Part shown: piece after piece, positions 41,801 to 56,800 of the stretch | Numbering within the stretch: position 1 is the stretch's first letter | Layout of the letters: every line of letters starts with the position of its first letter | Assembly: GCF_009914755.1 (NCBI RefSeq) | Contig: NC_060925.1 | Length of the DNA stretch: 64,000 bases | Source: the human T2T-CHM13v2.0 reference genome, Homo sapiens | Strand: one strand, 5' to 3' | Notes under the pieces: generated by a model | The model's database searches: none | What the model saw: the letters and a program-made list of their open reading frames with translations, nothing else | Told to the model about the DNA's origin: nothing | Translations under genes and position numbers: made by a program

Positions 41801-44800
41801 TTGATTGAAATCATCATCGAATGAAATCGAATGGTATCATTGAATGGAATCGAATGGAATCATCATCAGATGGAAATGAATGGAATCGTCATAGAATGGA
41901 ATCGAATGGATTCATTGAATGGAATCAGATGGAATCATCGAATGGACTGGAATGGAATCATTGAATGGACTCGAAAGGGATCATGATTGAATGGAATTGA
42001 ATGGAATCATCGAATGGTCTCGATTGGAATCATTATTAAATGGAATCGAATGGAATCACCGAATAGAATCGAATGGAACAATCATCGAATGGACTCAAAT
42101 GGAATTATCCTTAAATGGAATCGAATGGAATTATCGAATGCAATCGAATAGAATCATCGAATGGACTCGAATGGAATCATCGAATGGAATGGAATGGAAC
42201 AGTCAATGAACTCGAATGGAATCATCATTGAATGGAATCGAATGGAATCATCGAGTGGAATCGAATGGAATTATGATCAAATGGAATCGAATCTAATCAT
42301 CATCAAATGGAATCAAAAATAACCATCATCAATTGGTATTGAATGGAATTGTCATCAAATGGAATTCAAAGGAATCATCATCAAATGGAACCGAATGGAA
42401 TCCTCATTGAATGGAAATGAAAGGGGTCATCATCTAATGGAATCGCATGGAATCATCATCAAATGGAATCGAATGGAATCATCATCAAATGGAATCTAAT
42501 GGAATCATTGAACAGAATTGAATGGAATCGTCATCGAATGAATTGAATGCAATCATCGAATGGTCTCGAATGGAATCATCTTCTAATGGAAAGGAATGGA
42601 ATCATCGCTTAGAATCGAATGGAATTATCATCGAATGGAATCGAATGGTATCAACACCAAACGGAAAAAAACGGAATTATCGAATGGAATCGAAGAGAAT
42701 CTTCGAACGGACCCGAATGGAATCATCTAATGGAATGGAATGGAATAATCCATGGACTCGAATGCAATCATCATCGAATGGAATCGAATGGAATCATCGA
42801 ATGGACTCGAATGGAATAATCATTGAACGGAATCGAATGGAATCATCATCGGATGGAAACGAATGGAATCATCATCGAATGGAAATGAAAGGAGTCATCA
42901 TCTAATGGAATTGCATGGAATCATCATAAAATGGAATCGAATGGAATCAACATCAAATGGAATCAAATGGAATCATTGAACGGAATTGAATGGAATCGTC
43001 ATCGAATGAATTGACTGCAATCATCGAATGGTCTCGAATGTAATCACATTCTAATGGAAAGGAATGGAATCATCGCATAGAATCGAATGGAATTAACATT
43101 GAATGGACTCGAATGGAATCAACATCAAACGGAATCAAGCGGAATTATCGAATGGAATCGAAGAGAATCATCGAATGGTCTCGAATGGAATCATCTTCTA
43201 ATGGAAAGGAATGGAATCATCGCATAGAATCGAATGGAATTAACATTGAATGGACTCGAATGGAATCAACATCAAATGGAATCAAGCGGAATTATCGAAT
43301 GAAATCGAAGAGAATCATCGAATGGACTCGAATGGAATCATCTAATGGAATGGAATGGAATAATCCACGGACTCGAATGCAATCATCATCGTATAGAATC
43401 GAATGGAATCATCGAATGGACTCGAATGGAATAATCATTGAACGGAAGCGAATGGAATCATCATCGGATGGAAACGAATGGAATCATCATCGAATGGAAA
43501 TGAAAGGAGTCATCATCTAATGGAATTGCATGGAATCATCATAAAATGGAATCGAATGGAATCAAAATCAAATGGAATCAAATGGAATCATTGAACGGAA
43601 TTGAATGGAATCGTCATCGAATGAATTGACTGCAATCATCGAATGGTCTCGAATGGAATCATCTTCAAATGGAATGGAATGGAATCATCGCATAGAATCG
43701 AATGGAATTATCATCGAATGGAATCGAATGGAATCAACATCAAACGGAAAAAAACGGAATTATCGAATGGAATCGAAGAGAATCATCGAATGGACCCGAA
43801 TGGAATCATCTAATGGAATGGAATGGAATAATCCATGGACTCGAATGCAATCATCATCGAATGGAATCGAATGGAATCATCGAATGGACTCGAATGGAAT
43901 AATCATTGAAGGGAATCGAATGGAATCATCATCGGATGGAAATGAATGGAATCATCATCGAATGGAATCGAATAGAATTATGGAATGAAATCCAGTGTGA
44001 TCATCTTCGAATGGACCCGAATGGAATCATCATCCAACGGAAGCTAATGGAATCAACATCGAATGAATCGAATGGAAACACCATCGAATTGAAACGAATG
44101 GAATTATCATGAAATTGAAATGGATGGACTCATCATCGGATGGATTCGAATGGAATCATCGAATAAAATTGATTGAAATCATCATCCAATGGAATCGAAT
44201 GGTATCATTGAATGGAATCGAATGGAATCATCATCAGATGGAAATGAATGGAATCGTCATAGAATGGAATCGAATGGATTCATTGAATGGAATCAGATGG
44301 AATCATCGAATGGACTGGAATGGAATCATTGAATGGACTCGAAAGGGATCATGATTGAATGGAATTGAATGGAATCATCGAATGGTCTCGATTGGAATCA
44401 TTATCAAATGGAATCGAATGGAATCACCGAATAGAATCGAATGGAACAATCATCGAATGGACTCAAATGGAATTATCCTCAAATGGAATCGAATGGAATT
44501 ATCGAATGCAATCGAATGGAATTATCGAATGCAATCGAATAGAATCATCGAATGGACTCGAATGGAATCATCGAATGGAATGGAATGGAACAGTCAATGA
44601 ACTCGAATGGAATCATCATTGAATGGAATCGAATGGAATCATCGAGTGGAATCGAATGGAATTATGATCAAATGCAATCGAATGTAATCCTCATCAAATG
44701 GAATCAAAAATAACCATCATCAATTGGTATTGAATGGAATTGTCATCAAATGGAATTCAAAGGAATCATCATCAAATGGAACCGAATGGAATCCTCATTG

Positions 44801-47800
44801 AATGGAAATGAAAGGGGTCATCATCTAATGGAATCGCATGGAATCATCATCAAATGGAATCGAATGGAATCATCATCAAATGGAATCTAATGGAATCATT
44901 GAACAGAATTGAATGGAATCGTCATCGAATGAATTGAATGCAATCATCGAATGGTCTCGAATGGAATCATCTTCTAATGGAAAGGAATGGAATCATCGCA
45001 TAGAATCGAATGGAATTATCATCGAATGGAATCGAATGGTATCAACACCAAACGGAAAAAAACGGAATTATCGAATGGAATCGAAGAGAATCTTCGAACG
45101 GACCCGAATGGAATCATCTAATGGAATGGAATGGAATAATCCATGGACTCGAATGCAATCATCATCGAATGGAATCGAATGGAATCATCGAATGGACTCG
45201 AATGGAATAATCATTGAACGGAATCGAATGGAATCATCATCGGATGGAAACGAATGGAATCATCATCGAATGGAAATGAAAGGAGTCATCATCTAATGGA
45301 ATTGCATGGAATCATCATAAAATGGAATCGAATGGAATCAACATCAAATGGAATCAAATGGAATCATTGAACGGAATTGAATGGAATCGTCATCGAATGA
45401 ATTGACTACAATCACCGAATGGTCTCGAATGGAATCATCTTCAAATGGAATGGAATGGAATCATCGCATAGAATCGAATGGAATTATCATCGAATGGAAT
45501 CGAATGGAATCAACATCAAACGGAAAAAAACAGAATTATCGTATGGAATCGAAGAGAATCATCGAATGGACCCGAATGGAATCATCTAATGGAATGGAAT
45601 GGAATAATCCATGGACTCGAATGCAATCATCATCGAATGGAATCGAATGGAATCATCGAATGGACTCGAATGGAATAATCATTGAACGGAATCGAATGGA
45701 ATCATCATCGGATGGAAATGAATGGAATCATCATCGAATGGAATCGAATAGAATTATGGAATGAAATCCAGTGTGATCATCATCGAATGGACCCGAATGG
45801 AATCATCATCCAACGGAAGCTAATGGAATCAACATCGAATGAATCGAATGGAAACACCATCGAATTGAACCGAATGGAATTATCATGAAATTGAAATGGA
45901 TGGACTCATCATCGAATGGATTCGAATGGAATCATCGAATAAAATTGATTGAAATCATCATCGAATGGAATCGAATGGTATCATTGAATGGAATCGAATG
46001 GAATCATCATCAGATGGAAATGAATGGAATCGTCATAGAATGGAATCGAATGGATTCATTGAATGGAATCAGATGGAATCATCGAATGGACTGGAATGGA
46101 ATCATTGAATGGACTCGAAAGGGATCATTATTGAATGGAATTGAATGGAATCATCGAATGGTCTCGATTGGAATCATTATCAAATGGAATCGAATGGAAT
46201 CACCGAATAGAATCGAATGGAACAATCATCGAATGGACTCAAATGGAATTATCCTCAAATGGAATGGAATGGAATTATCGAATGCAATCGAATGGAATTA
46301 TCGAATGCAATCGAATAGAATCATCGAATGGACTCGAATGGAATCATCGAATGGAATGGAATGGAACAGTCAATGAACTCGAATGGAATCATCATTGAAT
46401 GGAATCGAATGGAATCATCGAGTGGAATCGAATGGAATTATGATCAAATGGAATCGAATGTAATCATCATCAAATGGAATCAAAAATAACCATCATCAAT
46501 TGGTATTGAATGGAATTGTCATCAAATGGAATTCAAAGGAATCATCATCAAATGGAACCGAATGGAATCCTCATTGAATGGAAATGAAAGGGGTCATCAT
46601 CTAATGGCATCGCATGGAATCATCATCAAATGGAATGGAATGGAATCATCATCAAATGGAATCTAATGGAATCATTGAACAGAATTGAATGGAATGGTCA
46701 TCGAATGAATTGAATGCAATCATCGAATGGTCTCGAATGGAATCATCTTCTAATGGAAAGGAATGGAATCATCGCATAGAATCGATTGGAATTATCATCG
46801 AATGGAATCGAATGGTATCAACACCAAACGGAAAAAAACGGAATTATCGAATGGAATCGAAGAGAATCTTCGAACGGACCCGAATGGAATCATCTAATGG
46901 AATGGAATGGAATAATCCATGGACTCGAATGCAATCATCATCGAATGGAATCGAATGGAATCATCGAATGGACTCGAATGGAATAATCATTGAACGGAAT
47001 CGAATGGAATCATCATCGGATGGAAACGAATGGAATCATCATCGAATGGAAATGAAAGGAGTCATCATCTAATGGAATTGCATGGAATCATCATCAAATG
47101 GAATCGAATGGAATCAACATCAAATGGAATCAAATGGAATCATTGAACGGAATTGAATGGAATCGTCATCGAATGAATTGACTGCAATCATCGAATGGTC
47201 TCGGAATCATCTTCAAATGGAATGGAATGGAATCATCGCATAGAATCGAATGGAATTATCATCGAATGGAATCGAATGGAATCAACATCAAACGGAAAAA
47301 AACGGAATTATCGAATGGAATCGAAGAGAATCATCGAATGGACCCGAATGGAATCATCTAATGGAATGGAATGGAATAATCCATGGACTCGAATGCAATC
47401 ATCATCGAATGGAATCGAATGGAATCATCGAATGGACTCGAATGGAATAATCATTGAACGGAATCGAATGGAATCATCATCGGATGGAAATGAATGGAAT
47501 CATCATCGAATGGAATCGAATAGAATTATGGAATGAAATCCAGTGTGATCATCATCGAATGGACCCGAATGGAATCATCATCCAACGGAAGCTAATGGAA
47601 TCAACATCGAATGAATCGAATGGAAACACCATCGAATTGAAACGAATGGAATTATCATGAAATTGAAATGGATGGACTCATCATCGAATGGATTCGAATG
47701 GAATCATCGAATAAAATTGATTGAAATCATCATCGAATGGAATCGAATGGTATCATTGAATGGAATCGAATGGAATCATCATCAGATGGAAATGAATGGA

Positions 47801-50800
47801 ATCGTCATAGAATGGAATCGAATGGATTCATTGAATGGAATCAGATGGAATCATCGAATGGACTGGAATGGAATCATTGAATGGACTCGAAAGGGATCAT
47901 GATTGAATGGAATTGAATGGAATCATCGAATGGTCTCGATTGGAATCATTATCAAATGGAATCGAATGGAATCACCGAATAGAATCGAATGGAACAATCA
48001 TCGAATGGACTCAAATGGAATTATCCTCAAATGGAATCGAATGGAATTATCGAATGCAATCGAATGGAATTATCGAATGCAATCGAATAGAATCATCGAA
48101 TGGACTCGAATGGAATCATCGAATGGAATGGAATGGAACAGTCAATGAACTCGAATGGAATCATCATTGAATGGAATCGAATGGAATCATCGAGTGGAAT
48201 CGAATGGAATTATGATCAAATGGAATCGAATGTAATCATCATCAAATGGAATCAAAAATAACCATCATCAATTGGTATTGAATGGAATTGTCATCAAATG
48301 GAATTCAAAGGAATCATCATCAAATGGAACCGAATGGAATCCTCATTGAATGGAAATGAAAGGGGTCATCATCTAATGGAATCGCATGGAATCATCACCA
48401 AATGGAATCGAATGGAATCATCATCAAATGGAATCTAATGGAATCATTGAACAGAATTGAATGGAATCGTCATCAAATGATTTGAATGCAATCATCGAAT
48501 GGTCTCGAATGGAATCATCTTCTAATGGAAAGGAATGGAATCATCGCATAGAATCGAATGGAATTATCATCGAATGGAATCGAATGGTATCAACACCAAA
48601 CGGAAAAAAACGGAATTATCGAATGGAATCGAAGAGAATCTTCGAACGGACCCGAATGGAATCATCTAATGGAATGGAATGGAATAATCCATGGACTCGA
48701 ATGCAATCATCATCGAATGGAATCGAATGGAATCATCGAATGGACTCGAATGGAATAATCATTGAACGGAATCGAATGGAATCATCATCGGATGGAAACG
48801 AATGGAATCATCATCGAATGGAAATGAAAGGAGTCATCATCTAATGCAATTGCATGGAATCATCATCAAATGGAATCGAATGGAATCAACATCAAATGGA
48901 ATCAAATGGAATCATTGAACGGAATTGAATGGAATCGTCATCGAATGAATTGACTGCAATCATCCAATGGTCTCGAATGGAATCATCTTCAAATGGAATG
49001 GAATGGAATCATCGCATAGAATCGAATGGAATTATCATCGAATGGAATCGAATGGAATCAACATCAAACGGAAAAAAACGGAATTATCGAATGGAATCGA
49101 AGAGAATCATCGAATGGACCCGAATGGAATCATCTAATGGAATGGAATGGAATAATCCATGGACTCGAATGCAATCATCATCGAATGGAATCGAATGGAA
49201 TCATCGAATGGACTCGAATGGAATAATCATTGAACGGAATCGAATGGAATCATCATCGGATGGAAATGAATGGAATCATCATCGAATGGAATCGAATAGA
49301 ATTATGGAATGAAATCCAGTGTGATCATCATCGAATGGACCCGAATGGAATCATCATCCAACGGAAGCTAATGGAATCAACATCGAATGAATCGAATGGA
49401 AACACCATCGAATTGAAACGAATGGAATTATCATGAAATTGAAATGGATGGACTCATCATCGAATGGATTCGAATGGAATCATGGAATAAAATTGATGGA
49501 AATCATCATCCAATGGAATCGAATGGTATCATTGAATGGAATCGAATGGAATCATCATCAGATGGAAATGAATGGAATCGTCATAGAATGGAATCGAATG
49601 GATTCATTGAATGGAATCAGATGGAATCATCGAATGGACTGGAATGGAATCATTGAATGGACTCGAAAGGGATCATGATTGAATGGAATTGAATGGAATC
49701 ATCGAATGGTCTCGATTGGAATCATTATCAAATGGAATCGAATGGAATCACCGAATAGAATCGAATGGAACAATCATCGAATGGACTCAAATGGAATTAT
49801 CCTCCAATGGAATGGAATGGAATTATCGAATGCAATCGAATAGAATCATCGAATGGACTCGAATGGAATCATCGAATGGAATGGAATGGAACAGTCAATG
49901 AACTCGAATGGAATCATCATTGAATGGAATCGAATGGAATCATCGAGTGGAATCGAATGGAATTATGATCAAATGGAATCGAATGTAATCATCATCAAAT
50001 GGAATCAAAAATAACCATCATCAATTGGTATTGAATGGAATTGTCATCAAATGGAATTCAAAGGAATCATCATCAAATGGAACCGAATGGAATCCTCATT
50101 GAATGGAAATGAAAGGGGTCATCATCTAATGGAATCGCATGGAATCATCATCAAATGGAATCGAATGGAATCATCATCAAATGGAATCTAATGGAATCAT
50201 TGAACAGAATTGAATGGAATCGTCATCGAATGAATTGACTGCAATCATCGAATGGTCTCGAATGGAATCATCTTCAAATGGAATGGAATGGAATCATCGC
50301 ATAGAATCGAATGGAATTATCATCGAATGGAATCGAATGGAATCAACATCAAACGGAAAAAAACGGAATTATCGAATGGAATCGAAGAGAATCATCGAAT
50401 GGACCCGAATGGAATCATCTAATGGAATGGAATGGAATAATCCATGGACTCGAATGCAATCATCATCGAATGGAATCGAATGGAATCATCGAATGGACTC
50501 GAATGGAATAATCATTGAACGGAATCGAATGGAATCATCATCGGATGGAAATGAATGGAATCATCATCGAATGGAATCGAATAGAATTATGGAATGAAAT
50601 CCAGTGTGATCATCATCGAATGGACCCGAATGGAATCATCATCCAACAGAAGCTAATGGAATCAACATCGAATGAATCGAATGGAAACACCATCGAATTG
50701 AAACGAATGGAATTATCATGAAATTGAAATGGATGGACTCATCATCGAATGGATTCGAATGGAATCATCGAATAAAATTGATTGAAATCATCATCGAATG

Positions 50801-53800
50801 GAATCGAATGGTATCATTGAATGGAATCGAATGGAATCATCATCAGATGGAAATGAATGGAATCGTCATAGAATGGAATCGAATGGATTCATTGAATGGA
50901 ATCAGATGGAATCATCGAATGGACTGGAATGGAATCATTGAATGGACTCGAAAGGGATCATGATTGAATGGAATTGAATGGAATCATCGAATGGTCTCGA
51001 TTGGAATCATTACCAAATGGAATCGAATGGAATCACCGAATAGAATCGAATGGAACAATCATCGAATGGACTCAAATGGAATTATCCTCAAATGGAATCG
51101 AATGGAATTATCGAATGCAATCGAATGGAATTATCGAATGCAATCGAATAGAATCATCGAAAGGACTCGAATGGAATCATCGAATGGAATGGAATGGAAC
51201 AGTCAATGAACTCGAATGGAATCATCATTGAATGGAATCGAATGGAATCATCGAGTGGAATCGAATGGAATTATGATCAAATGGAATCAAATGTAATCAT
51301 CATCAAATGGAATCAAAAATAACCATCATCAATTGGTATTGAATGGAATTGTCATCAAATGGAATTCAAAGGAATCATCATCAAATGGAACCGAATGGAA
51401 TCCTCATTGAATGGAAATGAAAGGGGTCATCATCTAATGGAATCGCATGGAATCATCATCAAATGGAATCGAATGGAATCATCATCAAATGGAATCTAAT
51501 GGAATCATTGAACAGAATTGAATGGAATCGTCATCGAATTAATTGAATGCAATCATCGAATGGTCTCGAATGGAATCATCTTCTAATGGAAAGGAATGGA
51601 ATCATCGCATAGAATCGAATGGAATTATCATCGAATGGAATCGAATGGTATCAACACCAAACGGAAAAAAACGGAATTATCGAATGGAATCGAAGAGAAT
51701 CTTCGAACGGACCCGAATGGAATCATCTAATGGAATGGAATGGAATAATCCATGGACTCGAATGCAATCATCATCGAATGGAATCGAATGGAATCATCGA
51801 ATGGACTCGAATGGAATAATCATTGAACGGAATCGAATGGAATCATCATCGGATGGAAACGAATGGAATCATCATCGAATGGAAATGAAAGGAGTCATCA
51901 TCTAATGGAATTGCATGGAATCATCATAAAATGGAATCGAATGGAATCAACATCAAATCGAATCAAACGGAATCATTGAACGGAATTGAATGGAATCGTC
52001 ATCGAATGAATTGACTGCAATCATCGAATGGTCTCGAATGGAATCATCTTCAAATGGAATGGAATGGAATCATCGCATAGAATCGAATGGAATTATCACC
52101 GAAAGCAATTGAATGGAATCAACATCAAACGGAAAAAAACGGAATTATCGAATGGAATCGAAGAGAATCATCGAATGGACCCGAATGGAATCATCTAATG
52201 GAATGGAATGGAATAATCCATGGACTCGAATGCAATCATCATCGAATGGAATCGAATGGAATCATCGAATGAACTCGAATGGAATCATCATTGAATGGAA
52301 TCGAATGGAATCATCGAGTGGAATCGAATGGAATTATGATCAAATGGAATCGAATGTAATCATCATCAAATGGAATCAAAAATAACCATCATCAATTGGT
52401 ATTCAATGGAATTGTCATCAAATGGAATTCAAAGGAATCATCATCAAATGGAACCGAATGGAATCCTCATTGAATGGAAATGAAAGGGGTCATCATCTAA
52501 TGGAATCACATGGAATCATCATCAAATGGAATCGAATGGAATCTTCATCAAATGGAATCTAATGGAATCATTGAACAGAATTGAATGGAATCGTCATCGA
52601 ATGAATTGAATGCAATCATCGAATGGTCTCGAATGGAATCATCTTCTAATGGAAAGGAATGGAATCATCGCATAGAATCGAATGGAATTATCATCGAATG
52701 GAATCGAATGGTATCAACACCAAACGGAAAAAAACGGAATTATCGAAAGGAATCGAAGAGAATCTTCGAACGGACCCGAATGGAATCATCTAATGGAATG
52801 GAATGGAATAATCCATGGACTCGAATGCAATCATCATCGAATGGAATCGAATGGAATCATCGAATGGACTCGAATGGAATAATCATTGAACGCAATCGAA
52901 TGGAATCATCATCGGATGGAAATGAATGGAATCATCATCGAATGGAATCGAATAGAATTATGGAATGAAATCCAGTGTGATCATCATCGAATGGACCCGA
53001 ATGGAATCATCATCCAACAGAAGCTAATGGAATCAACATCGAATGAATCGAATGGAAACACCATCGAATTCAAACGAATGGAATTACCATGAAATTGAAA
53101 TGGATGGACTCATCATCGAATGGATTCGGATGGAATCATCGAATAAAATTGATTGAAATCATCATCGAATGAAATCGAATGGTATCATTGAATGGAATCG
53201 AATGGAATCATCATCAGATGGAAATGAATGGAATCGTCATAGAATGGAATCGAATGGATTCATTGAATGGAATCAGATGGAATCATCGAATGGACTGGAA
53301 TGGAATCATTGAATGGACTCGAAAGGGATCATGATTGAATGGAATTGAATGGAATCATCGAATGGTCTCGATTGGAATCATTATTAAATGGAATCGAATG
53401 GAATCACCGAATAGAATCGAATGGAACAATCATCGAATGGACTCAAATGGAATTATCCTTAAATGGAATCGAATGGAATTATCGAATGCAATCGAATAGA
53501 ATCATCGAATGGACTCGAATGGAATCATCGAATGGAATGGAATGGAACAGTCAATGAACTCGAATGGAATCATCATTGAATGGAATCGAATGGAATCATC
53601 GAGTGGAATCGAATGGAATTATGATCAAATGGAATCGAATCTAATCATCATCAAATGGAATCAAAAATAACCATCATCAATTGGTATTGAATGGAATTGT
53701 CATCAAATGGAATTCAAAGGAATCATCATCAAATGGAACCGAATGGAATCCTCATTGAATGGAAATGAAAGGGGTCATCATCTAATGGAATCGCATGGAA

Positions 53801-56800
53801 TCATCATCAAATGGAATCGAATGGAATCATCATCAAATGGAATCTAATGGAATCATTGAACAGAATTGAATGGAATCGTCATCGAATGAATTGAATGCAA
53901 TCATCGAATGGTCTCGAATGGAATCATCTTCTAATGGAAAGGAATGGAATCATCGCTTAGAATCGAATGGAATTATCATCGAATGGAATCGAATGGTATC
54001 AACACCAAACGGAAAAAAACGGAATTATCGAATGGAATCGAAGAGAATCTTCGAACGGACCCGAATGGAATCATCTAATGGAATGGAATGGAATAATCCA
54101 TGGACTCGAATGCAATCATCATCGAATGGAATCGAATGGAATCATCGAATGGACTCGAATGGAATAATCATTGAACGGAATCGAATGGAATCATCATCGG
54201 ATGGAAACGAATGGAATCATCATCGAATGGAAATGAAAGGAGTCATCATCTAATGGAATTGCATGGAATCATCATAAAATGGAATCGAATGGAATCAACA
54301 TCAAATGGAATCAAATGGAATCATTGAACGGAATTGAATGGAATCGTCATCGAATGAATTGACTGCAATCATCGAATGGTCTCGAATGTAATCACATTCT
54401 AATGGAAAGGAATGGAATCATCGCATAGAATCGAATGGAATTAACATTGAATGGACTCGAATGGAATCAACATCAAACGGAATCAAGCGGAATTATCGAA
54501 TGGAATCGAAGAGAATCATCGAATGGTCTCGAATGGAATCATCTTCTAATGGAAAGGAATGGAATCATCGCATAGAATCGAATGGAATTAACATTGAATG
54601 GACTCGAATGGAATCAACATCAAATGGAATCAAGCGGAATTATCGAATGAAATCGAAGAGAATCATCGAATGGACTCGAATGGAATCATCTAATGGAATG
54701 GAATGGAATAATCCACGGACTCGAATGCAATCATCATCGTATAGAATCGAATGGAATCATCGAATGGACTCGAATGGAATAATCATTGAACGGAAGCGAA
54801 TGGAATCATCATCGGATGGAAACGAATGGAATCATCATCGAATGGAAATGAAAGGAGTCATCATCTAATGGAATTGCATGGAATCATCATAAAATGGAAT
54901 CGAATGGAATCAAAATCAAATGGAATCAAATGGAATCATTGAACGGAATTGAATGGAATCGTCATCGAATGAATTGACTGCAATCATCGAATGGTCTCGA
55001 ATGGAATCATCTTCAAATGGAATGGAATGGAATCATCGCATAGAATCGAATGGAATTATCATCGAATGGAATCGAATGGAATCAACATCAAACGGAAAAA
55101 AACGGAATTATCGAATGGAATCGAAGAGAATCATCGAATGGACCCGAATGGAATCATCTAATGGAATGGAATGGAATAATCCATGGACTCGAATGCAATC
55201 ATCATCGAATGGAATCGAATGGAATCATCGAATGGACTCGAATGGAATAATCATTGAAGGGAATCGAATGGAATCATCATCGGATGGAAATGAATGGAAT
55301 CATCATCGAATGGAATCGAATAGAATTATGGAATGAAATCCAGTGTGATCATCTTCGAATGGACCCGAATGGAATCATCATCCAACGGAAGCTAATGGAA
55401 TCAACATCGAATGAATCGAATGGAAACACCATCGAATTGAAACGAATGGAATTATCATGAAATTGAAATGGATGGACTCATCATCGGATGGATTCGAATG
55501 GAATCATCGAATAAAATTGATTGAAATCATCATCCAATGGAATCGAATGGTATCATTGAATGGAATCGAATGGAATCATCATCAGATGGAAATGAATGGA
55601 ATCGTCATAGAATGGAATCGAATGGATTCATTGAATGGAATCAGATGGAATCATCGAATGGACTGGAATGGAATCATTGAATGGACTCGAAAGGGATCAT
55701 GATTGAATGGAATTGAATGGAATCATCGAATGGTCTCGATTGGAATCATTATCAAATGGAATCGAATGGAATCACCGAATAGAATCGAATGGAACAATCA
55801 TCGAATGGACTCAAATGGAATTATCCTCAAATGGAATCGAATGGAATTATCGAATGCAATCGAATGGAATTATCGAATGCAATCGAATAGAATCATCGAA
55901 TGGACTCGAATGGAATCATCGAATGGAATGGAATGGAACAGTCAATGAACTCGAATGGAATCATCATTGAATGGAATCGAATGGAATCATCGAGTGGAAT
56001 CGAATGGAATTATGATCAAATGCAATCGAATGTAATCCTCATCAAATGGAATCAAAAATAACCATCATCAATTGGTATTGAATGGAATTGTCATCAAATG
56101 GAATTCAAAGGAATCATCATCAAATGGAACCGAATGGAATCCTCATTGAATGGAAATGAAAGGGGTCATCATCTAATGGAATCGCATGGAATCATCATCA
56201 AATGGAATCGAATGGAATCATCATCAAATGGAATCTAATGGAATCATTGAACAGAATTGAATGGAATCGTCATCGAATGAATTGAATGCAATCATCGAAT
56301 GGTCTCGAATGGAATCATCTTCTAATGGAAAGGAATGGAATCATCGCATAGAATCGAATGGAATTATCATCGAATGGAATCGAATGGTATCAACACCAAA
56401 CGGAAAAAAACGGAATTATCGAATGGAATCGAAGAGAATCTTCGAACGGACCCGAATGGAATCATCTAATGGAATGGAATGGAATAATCCATGGACTCGA
56501 ATGCAATCATCATCGAATGGAATCGAATGGAATCATCGAATGGACTCGAATGGAATAATCATTGAACGGAATCGAATGGAATCATCATCGGATGGAAACG
56601 AATGGAATCATCATCGAATGGAAATGAAAGGAGTCATCATCTAATGGAATTGCATGGAATCATCATAAAATGGAATCGAATGGAATCAACATCAAATGGA
56701 ATCAAATGGAATCATTGAACGGAATTGAATGGAATCGTCATCGAATGAATTGACTACAATCACCGAATGGTCTCGAATGGAATCATCTTCAAATGGAATG

